Origin: Gammaproteobacteria bacterium
GTDB lineage: Bacteria; Pseudomonadota; Gammaproteobacteria; Eutrophobiales; Eutrophobiaceae
NCBI GenBank assembly: GCA_965116495.1
Contig: OZ220696.1
Location: forward strand, 3,712,001 to 3,776,000
DNA length: 64,000 nt
Direction: 5' to 3'
Both the position numbers and the translations under genes were made by a program. Shown one piece after another: positions 47,655-56,584 of the stretch. Under the pieces are notes generated by a model, which saw nothing but the letters and a program-made list of their open reading frames with translations, did no database searches and was not told the origin of the DNA. Within the stretch, counting starts at the first letter, position 1; each line of letters opens with the position of its first letter.

Positions 47655-49199
47655 ATGTCAAACGATAAAAACGGCCACACCTCTGAGCGCAACAGGTGCA
47701 TTGGCGTTGTCGGAGCCGGCGTCATGGGGCGCGGGATTGCCCAGTTGTTCCTGCAGGCCGGGTACCCGGTCCGGTTGTATGACTCACAGGCCAGGGCGCT
47801 CGACAGCGCTGCCGAATTCATCGGCAGGATGGTAAAGCGACAGGTTGACAAGGGCAGGGTTACGCAGGCCGAAGCGGAGCAGGTACTTTCCGGGCTCAGC
47901 GTTTGCCGCGATATGAAGGAACTGGCCGGCTGCGACATCCTGGTCGAGGCCGTTGTCGAACTGCTGGATGTCAAGAAGCAGTTGTTTGCGGAACTGGAAA
48001 AAACCGTCTCCGCTACGGCCATCCTGGCAAGCAATACCTCGTCGTTGCTGGTCTCTGATATCGCCTCAGTCTGCGCCTGGCCCGACCGGGTCGCGGGGCT
48101 GCATTTTTTTAACCCGGTCCCACTCATGCGGTTGGTTGAAGTGATACCAGCCACGCTGACCGAGCCGGCCGTAGTCCGGGAACTGACGGCGCTGGTCGCC
48201 AGCACCGGCCATCGCGCCGTGGTCGCCGCGGACCAGCCCGGGTTCCTGGTGAACCATGCCGGGCGCGGTTTTACCACCGAGGCGTTACGCATCCTGGAAG
48301 AGGGGGTGGCAGAACCCGCCGACGTCGACCGGGTCATGCGCGAGGCGCTGGGGTTCCGCATGGGGCCGTTCGAACTGCTGGACCTGACCGGGCTGGACGT
48401 GTCCGGGAAAGTGATGCAGTCCATTTATGACCAGTTTTTGCAGGAACCCATGTACCGCCCCTCGTCGCTGGTCCCGCCGAGGATGGCGTCGGGCCTGTAC
48501 GGCCGGAAGTCCGGGCGCGGGTTTTACCGGTATGAGGACAACAGGAAAATTGAGCCCGGTGAGGCGCCGGCGCCGCAAATCAGCCTCACTAGGGTGTGGC
48601 TGGACGGCGCTGAAGGTGGCGCGGCGCGGCAACTGGCGGAACAATTGCAGGCCAACGGCGCGCAGTTAACGGACTCCCCGGGGGGCGGGGATACGATTGC
48701 CGTGCTACAGCCATGGGGCGGCGACGTGAGTCACACCTGTTCCGATATGAAACTTGATCCTGTCTGCACGGTGGCTGTGGACCCGTTGCCCGGCCAGGGT
48801 TCGAGGCGCACCCTGATGTTATCGCCTGTAACTTCCCCGGAGGTGCGCGACAGCATGCACGGCCTGCTGGCGGCGGGCGGGGTCCCCGTCACCGTGATTA
48901 ACGACAGTCCGGGGTTCATCAGCCAGCGCATCCTGGCCGTGATCGTGAACATCGCCGCGAACATCGCCCAGCGCCGCATCGCTTCCGTGCCGGACATAGA
49001 GGCCGCCGTGACCCTGGGCCTCGGGTACCCGCACGGCCCGTTGTCCTGGGGAGACAAGGTTGGGGGGGAAAGGATCGCCGGGATCTTGGATAACCTGTTC
49101 AAACTGACCGGCGACCCGCGCTACCGGCTGAGCCCCTGGCTGAGACGGCGGGTGGAATGCGGGGTATCGCTGTTGACCGGGGAGGCGCAGCGATGCTGA
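47655..49199 (+). CDS. 3-hydroxyacyl-CoA dehydrogenase (PaaH-like)
   Basis: GVVGAGVMGRGIAQ, LASNTSSL, GLHFFNPVPLM, GPFELLDLTGLDV, LGLGYPHGP. Confidence 0.9.
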   Translation: MSNDKNGHTSERNRCIGVVGAGVMGRGIAQLFLQAGYPVRLYDSQARALDSAAEFIGRMVKRQVDKGRVTQAEAEQVLSGLSVCRDMKELAGCDILVEAVVELLDVKKQLFAELEKTVSATAILASNTSSLLVSDIASVCAWPDRVAGLHFFNPVPLMRLVEVIPATLTEPAVVRELTALVASTGHRAVVAADQPGFLVNHAGRGFTTEALRILEEGVAEPADVDRVMREALGFRMGPFELLDLTGLDVSGKVMQSIYDQFLQEPMYRPSSLVPPRMASGLYGRKSGRGFYRYEDNRKIEPGEAPAPQISLTRVWLDGAEGGAARQLAEQLQANGAQLTDSPGGGDTIAVLQPWGGDVSHTCSDMKLDPVCTVAVDPLPGQGSRRTLMLSPVTSPEVRDSMHGLLAAGGVPVTVINDSPGFISQRILAVIVNIAANIAQRRIASVPDIEAAVTLGLGYPHGPLSWGDKVGGERIAGILDNLFKLTGDPRYRLSPWLRRRVECGVSLLTGEAQRC

Positions 49200-49221
49200 T
49201 CCCGCACGTCCGGCGTCGGCT

Positions 49222-49282
49222 GGGGACGGACTTAAATCCGTCCCCGAAGTCCCCCAAAGGGTACAGGTTTGAAACCTGTCCC
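49222..49282. repeat. Family D palindrome plus related GGGTACAGGTTTGAAACCTGTCCC hairpin
   Basis: GGGGACGGACTTAAATCCGTCCCC at 49222-49245. Confidence 0.8.
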
Positions 49283-49308
49283 TCGTCGCATTGCAGCAAC
49301 ATTTGTCA

Positions 49309-50733
49309 ATGACTGCTGAAGTAATCACGCGCTTCGCGCCCAGTCCCACCGGTTTCCTGCACATAGGGGGAATCCGCACGGCCCTGTTTTCCTGGTTATA
49401 CGCCAGGCACAATAACGGGGAATTCCTACTGAGAATTGAGGATACCGATCGCGAGAGATCCACGGAAGAGGCTCTCGGCGTTATCCTGGAAGGCATGAAA
49501 TGGCTGGGGCTCGACCATGACCGGGACATCGTTTACCAGTCGCAGCGCACGGAAAAATATAAAGCAGCAATACAACAATTGCTCGACAGGGACCGGGCGT
49601 ACCATTGTTTCTGCAGCAGGGAAGAACTCGAAACCATGCGCCGTGAGGCCATGAGCGGAGGGGAGAAGCCCAGGTATAACGGCAAATGCCGGGACCGCGG
49701 CCGGCGGCCGGCGGCAGGTGAAACGCCGGTAGTACGCTTCAGGAACCCGCTGGACGGCGACGTGCTCATCGACGATCTTATCCAAGGCAGGGTGGTAATC
49801 AGCAATACGGAACTGGACGACCTGGTCATCGCCCGTTCCGACGGGTCGCCGACCTATAACCTGACCGTGGTAGTGGACGACGCCGATATGGGTATCACCC
49901 ACGTGATACGCGGGGACGACCATCTCAACAACACACCGCGGCAGATCAACATCTTCAATGCCCTGAACATCGCCGCGCCGACGTATGCCCATATCCCCCT
50001 GATCCTGGACCCTGAGGGCAAAAAACTGTCCAAGCGCCACGGCGCCGCGAGCGTGCTCGAATACCGGGACCAGGGTTACCTGCCGGAAGCCCTGCTGAAT
50101 TACCTGGTGCGGCTGGGCTGGTCCCACGGCGACCAGGAGATATTCAGCGTCGACGAAATGGTTGAACTGTTTGATATAGGGCGGGTGAACAGGGCCGCGG
50201 CCGCGCTGAACCCGGACAAGCTGGCCTGGCTGAACCAGCATTACCTGAGGGAGAGCAACGCGGAACGGGTTGCCTGTCTGCTTAAAGTGAAACTGGTCAA
50301 GCTTGGTGTTGACGTAACCAGGCCGCCCGATCTCAAGCAGGTGGCCGGGCTACAGAAGGAGCGGGTAAAGACCATCGCGGAAATGGCCGAACAGAGCCGC
50401 TTCTTCCACGAGGAGTTTACGGAGTATGATGCGGTTGCCGCAAAGAAACACTTGCGCCCCGTAGTGCTTGAGGCGCTACGACAGGTCGGGGATGTATTCT
50501 CCGAGCTGGACACTTGGGACACGGCCGCGCTGCATGCCGCCATCGAATCTGTCGCGGAACAACGGGCGATGAAATTCGGTAAAATCGCCCAGCCCCTGCG
50601 CGTGGCGGTAACGGGGAGTAGCGTCTCCCCCTCCATCGACGTTACCCTGGAGTTACTGGGCCGGGAGAGGACTCTTGCGCGCCTGGCGCGTGCACTGGAG
50701 CTGATTGAACGCAGGACTGATTCCCGGGATTGA
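49309..50733 (+). CDS. gltX: Glutamate--tRNA ligase
   Basis: TRFAPSPTGFLHIGG, LRIEDTD, ITHVIRGDDH, KKLSKR. Confidence 0.97.
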   Translation: MTAEVITRFAPSPTGFLHIGGIRTALFSWLYARHNNGEFLLRIEDTDRERSTEEALGVILEGMKWLGLDHDRDIVYQSQRTEKYKAAIQQLLDRDRAYHCFCSREELETMRREAMSGGEKPRYNGKCRDRGRRPAAGETPVVRFRNPLDGDVLIDDLIQGRVVISNTELDDLVIARSDGSPTYNLTVVVDDADMGITHVIRGDDHLNNTPRQINIFNALNIAAPTYAHIPLILDPEGKKLSKRHGAASVLEYRDQGYLPEALLNYLVRLGWSHGDQEIFSVDEMVELFDIGRVNRAAAALNPDKLAWLNQHYLRESNAERVACLLKVKLVKLGVDVTRPPDLKQVAGLQKERVKTIAEMAEQSRFFHEEFTEYDAVAAKKHLRPVVLEALRQVGDVFSELDTWDTAALHAAIESVAEQRAMKFGKIAQPLRVAVTGSSVSPSIDVTLELLGRERTLARLARALELIERRTDSRD

Positions 50734-50768
50734 TTCGGACTTTCACGAACAGGTGTTTGGATAACAGC

Positions 50769-50796
50769 TTGACAGGACAATGCCGCAGGGTAGAAT
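50769..50796 (+). promoter_or_regulatory. Sigma70-type promoter upstream of vapB
   Basis: TTGACA-16 bp-TAGAAT. Confidence 0.7.
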
Positions 50797-50830
50797 GATG
50801 ATGATTTTTCTACCCTGTAAGGAAAGTGCG

Positions 50831-51088
50831 ATGAGTCTGAACATCAAGAACGATGAAACTTGCCGGTTAGCCGGCGAACTTGCCCGGTTGACAGGAGAAT
50901 CCATGACAGGAGCAATCACGATTGCTTTGCGCGATCGACTGGCGCGCGAGAATTGTCATCGTAACGCCGAGGCGCTGGCCCGGGAACTACATGTTATCGG
51001 ACAGCGTTGCGCCGGACTGACAGGTCCCGGACCTGCAGCAGTTGAGCATGGCGAATTGCTCTACGACGAACAGGGACTGCCTGGGTGA
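50831..51088 (+). CDS. vapB: VapB-type antitoxin
   Basis: MSLNIKNDETCRLAGELARLTGESMTGAI..LLYDEQGLP; GTGA overlap with vapC. Confidence 0.9.
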   Translation: MSLNIKNDETCRLAGELARLTGESMTGAITIALRDRLARENCHRNAEALARELHVIGQRCAGLTGPGPAAVEHGELLYDEQGLPG

Positions 51089-51489
51089 TCATTGATACAT
51101 CGGCTGTTCTGGCAATACTTCTGGGAGAGTCCGACGCGGGACATTATGAAAAGGCAATAGCAGAGGCATGGCCGCGCCGTATTTCCACTGTCGCGCTGCT
51201 GGAAGCGGCGATTGTGCTTGAGAGCAGGGGGGGGATGGCAGCCGGTAACGAGCTTGATATATTCCTGCAAACTGCGGAGATAGAACTGGTAGCGGTCACG
51301 GCCGCACAGGCCCAGGCTGCCCGACGCGCCTGGCGGCGTTTCGGCAAGGGAAACCACCCGGCGGGACTTAATTTCGGTGACTGTTTCGCATATGCGCTCG
51401 CCGAAACGAGTAATGAAGCGCTTCTGTTCAAGGGAGAGGACTTTTCGCGCACCGATATTGAAGCGGCAGCAGCGACTGGCGGCTCCTGA
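51085..51489 (+). CDS. vapC: VapC PIN-domain toxin
   Basis: MIIDTSAVLAIL..E, FGKGNHPAGLNFGDCFAYALA, LLFKGEDF. Confidence 0.95.
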   Translation: MIIDTSAVLAILLGESDAGHYEKAIAEAWPRRISTVALLEAAIVLESRGGMAAGNELDIFLQTAEIELVAVTAAQAQAARRAWRRFGKGNHPAGLNFGDCFAYALAETSNEALLFKGEDFSRTDIEAAAATGGS

Positions 51490-51497
51490 CAGCCAAC

Positions 51498-51525
51498 TTG
51501 ACAATGTGACTCCACAGCGTAGAAT
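51498..51525 (+). promoter_or_regulatory. Sigma70-type promoter of the tRNA-Ala/tRNA-Glu operon
   Basis: TTGACA-16 bp-TAGAAT, 17 bp before tRNA-Ala. Confidence 0.75.
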
Positions 51526-51542
51526 GACGTTCGTTTCGATTT

Positions 51543-51618
<76 letters not shown>

Positions 51619-51639
51619 GGATTTTTTACGATCTCACCT

Positions 51640-51715
51640 GTCCCCTTCGTCTAGAGGCCTAGGACACCGCCCTTTCACGGCGGCAACAGGGGTTCGACTC
51701 CCCTAGGGGACGCCA
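51640..51715 (+). tRNA. tRNA-Glu(TTC)
   Basis: GTCCCCTTCGTCTAGAGGCCTAGGACACCGCCCT-TTC-ACGGCGG..GGTTCGACTCCCCTAGGGGACGCCA. Confidence 0.97.
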
Positions 51716-52139
51716 TAAATTCCGGCTTGCTCACTTTCAACAGACTGCGGACGAAATGTGAGTAAGCCCCCCGGCCGAGCGGCGCGTCCATGCCGAAAAT
51801 CTCGACGTCCGGGCCGGTGGTGCGTCTGGCGTCACCTTTGCGGCGGGTCTTTGCCCATACCAGGCGCGCTTCCCAGTGGTAGTCTTCGGTGCGGGTGACT
51901 TCAAGGACCACATCCCAGGCCCGCTTCGGGAGAGGGTCCGGCGCCGCGCTGCGCCGGAGCACACGGCCCGGTTTACGTTTGTCCAGTTCGGTTGCCAATG
52001 CATCGCACAGAGTGGTGACAATGGCCGCATCGGTCTTGGGTATGCCGTGACAGGACAACAAGAGCGGCGTCTTGTCCGCCCGGGCCACGGATACGGTTGC
52101 CCCGAAGATCAACAGCGCTACCAGTCGTCTGTAATCCAT
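51675..52139 (-). CDS. Hypothetical exported protein whose 3' end reads into antisense tRNA-Glu
   Basis: Signal-peptide-like start MDYRRLVALLIFGATVSVARA; last 13 codons are tRNA antisense. Confidence 0.5.
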   Translation of the reverse strand: MDYRRLVALLIFGATVSVARADKTPLLLSCHGIPKTDAAIVTTLCDALATELDKRKPGRVLRRSAAPDPLPKRAWDVVLEVTRTEDYHWEARLVWAKTRRKGDARRTTGPDVEIFGMDAPLGRGAYSHFVRSLLKVSKPEFMASPRGVEPLLPP

Positions 52140-52184
52140 GGAGATAAGATGATCAGAAGGTGAAATCCGATGCGTCGAGGTTGG

Positions 52185-52544
52185 CTATGTCGAAGCCTTC
52201 TCAAGCGAAATTTCGTAGTCAGCCGTGTGGTCGGTATTGCTGCTGCCCATGCTGATGTAATAAGTGCCGCTGACATCCGGGCTGAAAATCTTGAGCTTTG
52301 TGTAGGAGAAGAAATTGCTGCCTTCTGCGACCATGTTTCCGTGTGAATCGAGGACTTTGAGTTGGGCTGAATAGACTCCACGCGGAATTATGTCGTAAAT
52401 CGTCCCGGCAGTCAGTTCGATCCGGAGCCAGTCCGTATCACTGATGGGATTCAACTTGCCCTGGAATGAATCGCCGACTGACAACACATATTGTGTTCTG
52501 GAGCTTGCTCTGGCATCCCCGCTATCTTCTCTGATAATCGCCAT
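52185..52544 (-). pseudogene. Single PPC-like (pre-peptidase C-terminal) domain, probably truncated large secreted protein
   Basis: RBS GGAGG; LSVGDSFQGKL..DTDWLRIELTAGTIYDI..SGTYYISM..DYEIS. Confidence 0.6.
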
Positions 52545-52748
52545 TATTGTCCTCCAGGTGAGTATGTTCTGTTCGAAAATGCTCAGGCAACTTATCGGCC
52601 TGTGATTCCACCTTGAGATTTTTTGCCTGTTTCAACCATCTTAGCATTGTTTGATCGGCACGGGATATGCCGGATTTCTACAGAGTTTCCGTTTTCCTGT
52701 AATATGTCCTTCCACCTGTCGATTATTTCTATTTGTTTACTAGTCAGT

Positions 52749-53759
52749 ATGAATATCCTTGTTACAGGTTGCGTCGGGTTTATCGGCGCGGCATTGTCCA
52801 AGCGACTGCTGGAGCGGGGTGATGAAGTCATAGGGATCGATAACCTGAATGACTATTACGACCCCGGGTTGAAGCGGGACAGGCTGGCGTTACTTGAGGA
52901 TTTCGACAACTTCAGTTTCAGGAAGGTGGATATCTCGGACAGGGAACAGATGGAAAACCTGTTCAGGGAGATTAATCCCCGGCGGGTGGTGCACCTGGCG
53001 GCACAGGCCGGCGTGCGCTACTCGATCAGCCATCCGCACAGCTATATCGATGCAAATATTGTGGGGTTTCTGAATATCCTGGAAGGTTGCCGCGCCGCGG
53101 GGGTGGAGCACCTGGTATATGCCTCGTCAAGCTCGGTCTACGGCGCCAATGAGAAAATACCTTATTCGGAATCGGATCCCGCGGCACACCCGGTCTCCCT
53201 GTACGGCGCCACCAAGCGCGCCAACGAATTGATGGCGCACAGCTACAGTCACCTGTATGACATCCCCGTGAGCGGCCTGCGCTATTTCACCGTCTACGGC
53301 CCCTGGGGCAGGCCGGACATGTCGCCCATCCTGTTCGCCGGGAAAATTTACGCAGGTGAACCGATACAGGTGTTCAACCGCGGACAGCACCGGAGAGATT
53401 TTACCTATATCGATGACGTGGTGGAGGCGACGGTAAGAATAACGGGCCGGGTCCCCGTCAGGGATATGAACCGGGATGCGAATCGGCCCGATCCATCAAG
53501 CGGCACGGCCAGGTACCGGATTTATAACATCGGGAATCAAAACGCGGTCAACCTCATGGATTATATTAAAATGCTTGAGACGGAGATCGGCAGAAACGCC
53601 GTTATCGAGTTTGCGGAGGCGCAACCGGGTGATGTGCTCAACACCGAGGCGGACTCGTCCAGGCTGGCCGGGGAATTTGAATTTGTTCCCGGCGTATCGC
53701 TCGAACAGGGCATAAAACGATTTATTGACTGGTATAAGAGGTATTATAAGGTTGTTTGA
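52749..53759 (+). CDS. UDP-glucuronate 4-epimerase-like NAD-dependent epimerase
   Basis: ILVTGCVGFIG, IDNLNDYYD, HLAAQAGVRYS, SLYGATK, FTVYGPWGRPDM. Confidence 0.92.
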   Translation: MNILVTGCVGFIGAALSKRLLERGDEVIGIDNLNDYYDPGLKRDRLALLEDFDNFSFRKVDISDREQMENLFREINPRRVVHLAAQAGVRYSISHPHSYIDANIVGFLNILEGCRAAGVEHLVYASSSSVYGANEKIPYSESDPAAHPVSLYGATKRANELMAHSYSHLYDIPVSGLRYFTVYGPWGRPDMSPILFAGKIYAGEPIQVFNRGQHRRDFTYIDDVVEATVRITGRVPVRDMNRDANRPDPSSGTARYRIYNIGNQNAVNLMDYIKMLETEIGRNAVIEFAEAQPGDVLNTEADSSRLAGEFEFVPGVSLEQGIKRFIDWYKRYYKVV

Positions 53760-53852
53760 CTGGGTTTGTGTCGTATGCTCCGTTAACGGCACATCCATGT
53801 GCCACTGCTCGGCGTTTGCCGGAACGATAGGGTAGTATTTTGAAGACGAAAC

Positions 53853-55139
53853 ATGAATAAAAACAGGAAAATTTCTGTCATCGGTATGGGCTACGTCGGC
53901 TTGCCCGTCGCTGTCGCGTTCGGTCGCCTGGGTGGGGTGATCGGGTTTGATATCGATGAGCGGCGCATCGCGGAACTGGAAGCGGGACATGACAACACTG
54001 GGGAGGTTGCCCCTGACGAACTGGCGGCCACGCAGATTATTTTCACCACGGACAGCGGGCTTCTCAAGCAGGCTGATTTTCACATCGTGGCCGTGCCGAC
54101 CCCGATAAACGATGCGAAAAACCCGGATATGGAGCCCTTGACCGCCGCCTCGAAGATGCTGGGACGCGTCATCAGCAGGGGCGACATCGTCGTCTATGAA
54201 TCCACCGTCTATCCCGGCGCCACCGAAGAGATCTGCGTCCCCATACTGGAACGGGAATCGGGCCTGGTGTGCGGTCGCGACTTCCACCTGGGGTATTCCC
54301 CCGAACGTATCAATCCGGGCGACAAGGAGCATAGTTTCACCAGTATCGTGAAGATCGTATCGGCGCAGAAGCGCGCCGCGCTTGAAGTCATCACGCAGGT
54401 TTATGAAAGTGTGGTCACGGCAGGTGTGTACGAGGCGTCCTCCATCAAGGTTGCGGAAGCGACGAAGGTTGTTGAGAACATCCAGCGGGATGTCAATATC
54501 GCCCTGATGAACCAGTTGGCGCTGATTTTCGACAAGCTGGATATCGATACCAACGACGTGCTGGATGCAGCCGCCACCAAGTGGAATTTCCTGCGTTTCT
54601 CACCCGGCTTGGTAGGCGGTCACTGTATCGGTATTGACCCGTATTACATGGCGTACCGGGCAGCCAGGAGCGGCTATATCCCGGACCTGATCCTGACCGC
54701 GCGCAACATCAATGACGGCCTGGGCAACTATATCGCCGGGCAGGTCGTGAAGGCAATCTTGCAGGCCGGTCATTCACCCGAAAACAGCCTGGTAACCGTG
54801 CTGGGACTCACGTTCAAGGAAAATGTGGGTGACACCCGCAATACCCGAGTCATCGATATCATCAATGAATTGAACCAGTTTAACATTGCGGTGCAGGTTA
54901 ATGACGTTCAGGCGGATGCTGATAAGGTCAGGGCGGAATATGAAATCGACTTGGTCGCATTGCATTCATTGCAGCCTGCCGATGCCGTGATACTTGCCGT
55001 CCCCCATTCCGTATATCTGGATAAAGGCTGGGACTGGATTAGCGAACTGCTTAAGAATCGAGGCGGGATAGTCTACGACGTCAAGGGCAGGCTGGACCGG
55101 GAGGCGGCGCCGGCCGGCGTAAAGGTGATGAGACTTTGA
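53853..55139 (+). CDS. UDP-N-acetylhexosamine 6-dehydrogenase (WbpA/WbpO/TviB-like)
   Basis: IGMGYVGLPVA, YESTVYPGATEE, GYSPERINPGD, PGLVGGHCIGIDPYY. Confidence 0.92.
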   Translation: MNKNRKISVIGMGYVGLPVAVAFGRLGGVIGFDIDERRIAELEAGHDNTGEVAPDELAATQIIFTTDSGLLKQADFHIVAVPTPINDAKNPDMEPLTAASKMLGRVISRGDIVVYESTVYPGATEEICVPILERESGLVCGRDFHLGYSPERINPGDKEHSFTSIVKIVSAQKRAALEVITQVYESVVTAGVYEASSIKVAEATKVVENIQRDVNIALMNQLALIFDKLDIDTNDVLDAAATKWNFLRFSPGLVGGHCIGIDPYYMAYRAARSGYIPDLILTARNINDGLGNYIAGQVVKAILQAGHSPENSLVTVLGLTFKENVGDTRNTRVIDIINELNQFNIAVQVNDVQADADKVRAEYEIDLVALHSLQPADAVILAVPHSVYLDKGWDWISELLKNRGGIVYDVKGRLDREAAPAGVKVMRL

Positions 55140-55229
55140 TGGCCGGTGTCGAGAGATGAAGGTTACGATCTGGGTTCCGGCTTTCGCCGGAACGACATGT
55201 CTCGCCGGAACGACGAGAAGTAGTCAGCT

Positions 55230-56534
55230 ATGAATGTTGCAATGGTGGGCGCGGGTTACGTAGGGCTGGTTTCAGGGGCCTGTTTTGCCGAATTCGGCGC
55301 CAACGTTACCTGCATCGATGTTGATTCCGGGAGGATCGGCAAACTCAGGGAAGGCGTGATTCCCATCTACGAGCCAGGTTTGGCGGAACTGATCGACAAG
55401 AACCGGGAGCAGGGCAGGTTATCGTTCCGGGATGCTTACGATGAAACCATTGCGGAGTGCGACCTGGTGTTTATCGCGGTCGGTACGCCGGCCCGGCGCG
55501 GCGACGGGCACGCGGATTTAAAGTACGTCTATGAGGCAGTCAGGGAGATTGCGCCTTACCTTGATGGCCATACGGTGATCGTGGATAAATCCACCGTGCC
55601 CGTGGGGACTGCCCGTAACGTGAAGCGCATCATCCGTGAGAAAAACCCGGATGTGGACTTTGACGTTGCCGCCAATCCTGAATTTTTACGGGAAGGCGCG
55701 GCGCTGTCCGACTTCATGCGCCCGGACCGGGTAGTCATCGGCGTCGAGAACGAACGGGCAGAGCAGGTGCTGCGCGAGTTGTACCGGCCGCTCAACCTTA
55801 TCGAGACGCCCATGCTGGTGACCGACCTGGAAAGCGCCGAGTTGATCAAGTACGCGGCCAACGCCTTTCTGGCCACGAAGATCAGTTTCATCAACGAGAT
55901 GTCGGCCCTGTGTGAAGCGGTGAACGCCGACGTCCACGCGGTGGCCAGGGGGATGGGACTGGACGGGCGCATCGGCAGGAAGTTCCTGCACCCGGGACCC
56001 GGGTACGGCGGTTCCTGCTTCCCCAAGGATACCCGGGCGCTGGTGCGCATCGCGCAGGAAAACAACGTCACCAGCCGCATCGTGGAAGCGGTGATGGAGG
56101 TGAACGAAGCACAGAAAGCGCGCATGATCAGCAAGATCCGCGGCACCCTGGGCGGCAGCGAGAGCGGTAAGACCCTGGCCGTGCTGGGCCTGGCGTTCAA
56201 GCCGGAAACAGACGATATGCGCGACGCTCCGGCATTATCCATATTGCCTAAACTGGTCGAAAACGGGGTCAGGGTGCATGCGCATGATCCCCAGGCCATG
56301 TCGGAGGCCAGGAATATCCTGCCCGAATCCGTGGTGTATTTCGATGATATCTACGCGGCCCTGACCGGCGCGGACGCGCTGGTGTTGTTGACGGAATGGA
56401 ATGCCTACCGCGGCATGGACCTGGCAAAAATCAGGGAACTCATGAGCGGGAACGTATTTATTGACCTGCGCAATGTCTATGAGCCGGATGCAATGCTGGC
56501 GTCCGGATTTGATTATCACTGTGTGGGGCGTTAG
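55230..56534 (+). CDS. ugd: UDP-glucose 6-dehydrogenase
   Basis: GAGYVGLV, KSTVPVGT, NPEFLREG, GYGGSCFPKD, GLAFKPETDDMR. Confidence 0.93.
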   Translation: MNVAMVGAGYVGLVSGACFAEFGANVTCIDVDSGRIGKLREGVIPIYEPGLAELIDKNREQGRLSFRDAYDETIAECDLVFIAVGTPARRGDGHADLKYVYEAVREIAPYLDGHTVIVDKSTVPVGTARNVKRIIREKNPDVDFDVAANPEFLREGAALSDFMRPDRVVIGVENERAEQVLRELYRPLNLIETPMLVTDLESAELIKYAANAFLATKISFINEMSALCEAVNADVHAVARGMGLDGRIGRKFLHPGPGYGGSCFPKDTRALVRIAQENNVTSRIVEAVMEVNEAQKARMISKIRGTLGGSESGKTLAVLGLAFKPETDDMRDAPALSILPKLVENGVRVHAHDPQAMSEARNILPESVVYFDDIYAALTGADALVLLTEWNAYRGMDLAKIRELMSGNVFIDLRNVYEPDAMLASGFDYHCVGR

Positions 56535-56584
56535 CGCGATGTTACCCATGGTCGGGATATATTTCTGCAGATGACGGGTTATTA

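Noticed and set aside
52545-52748. JUMPstart/ops element before the polysaccharide genes
   Set aside because: No GGCGGTAG motif found
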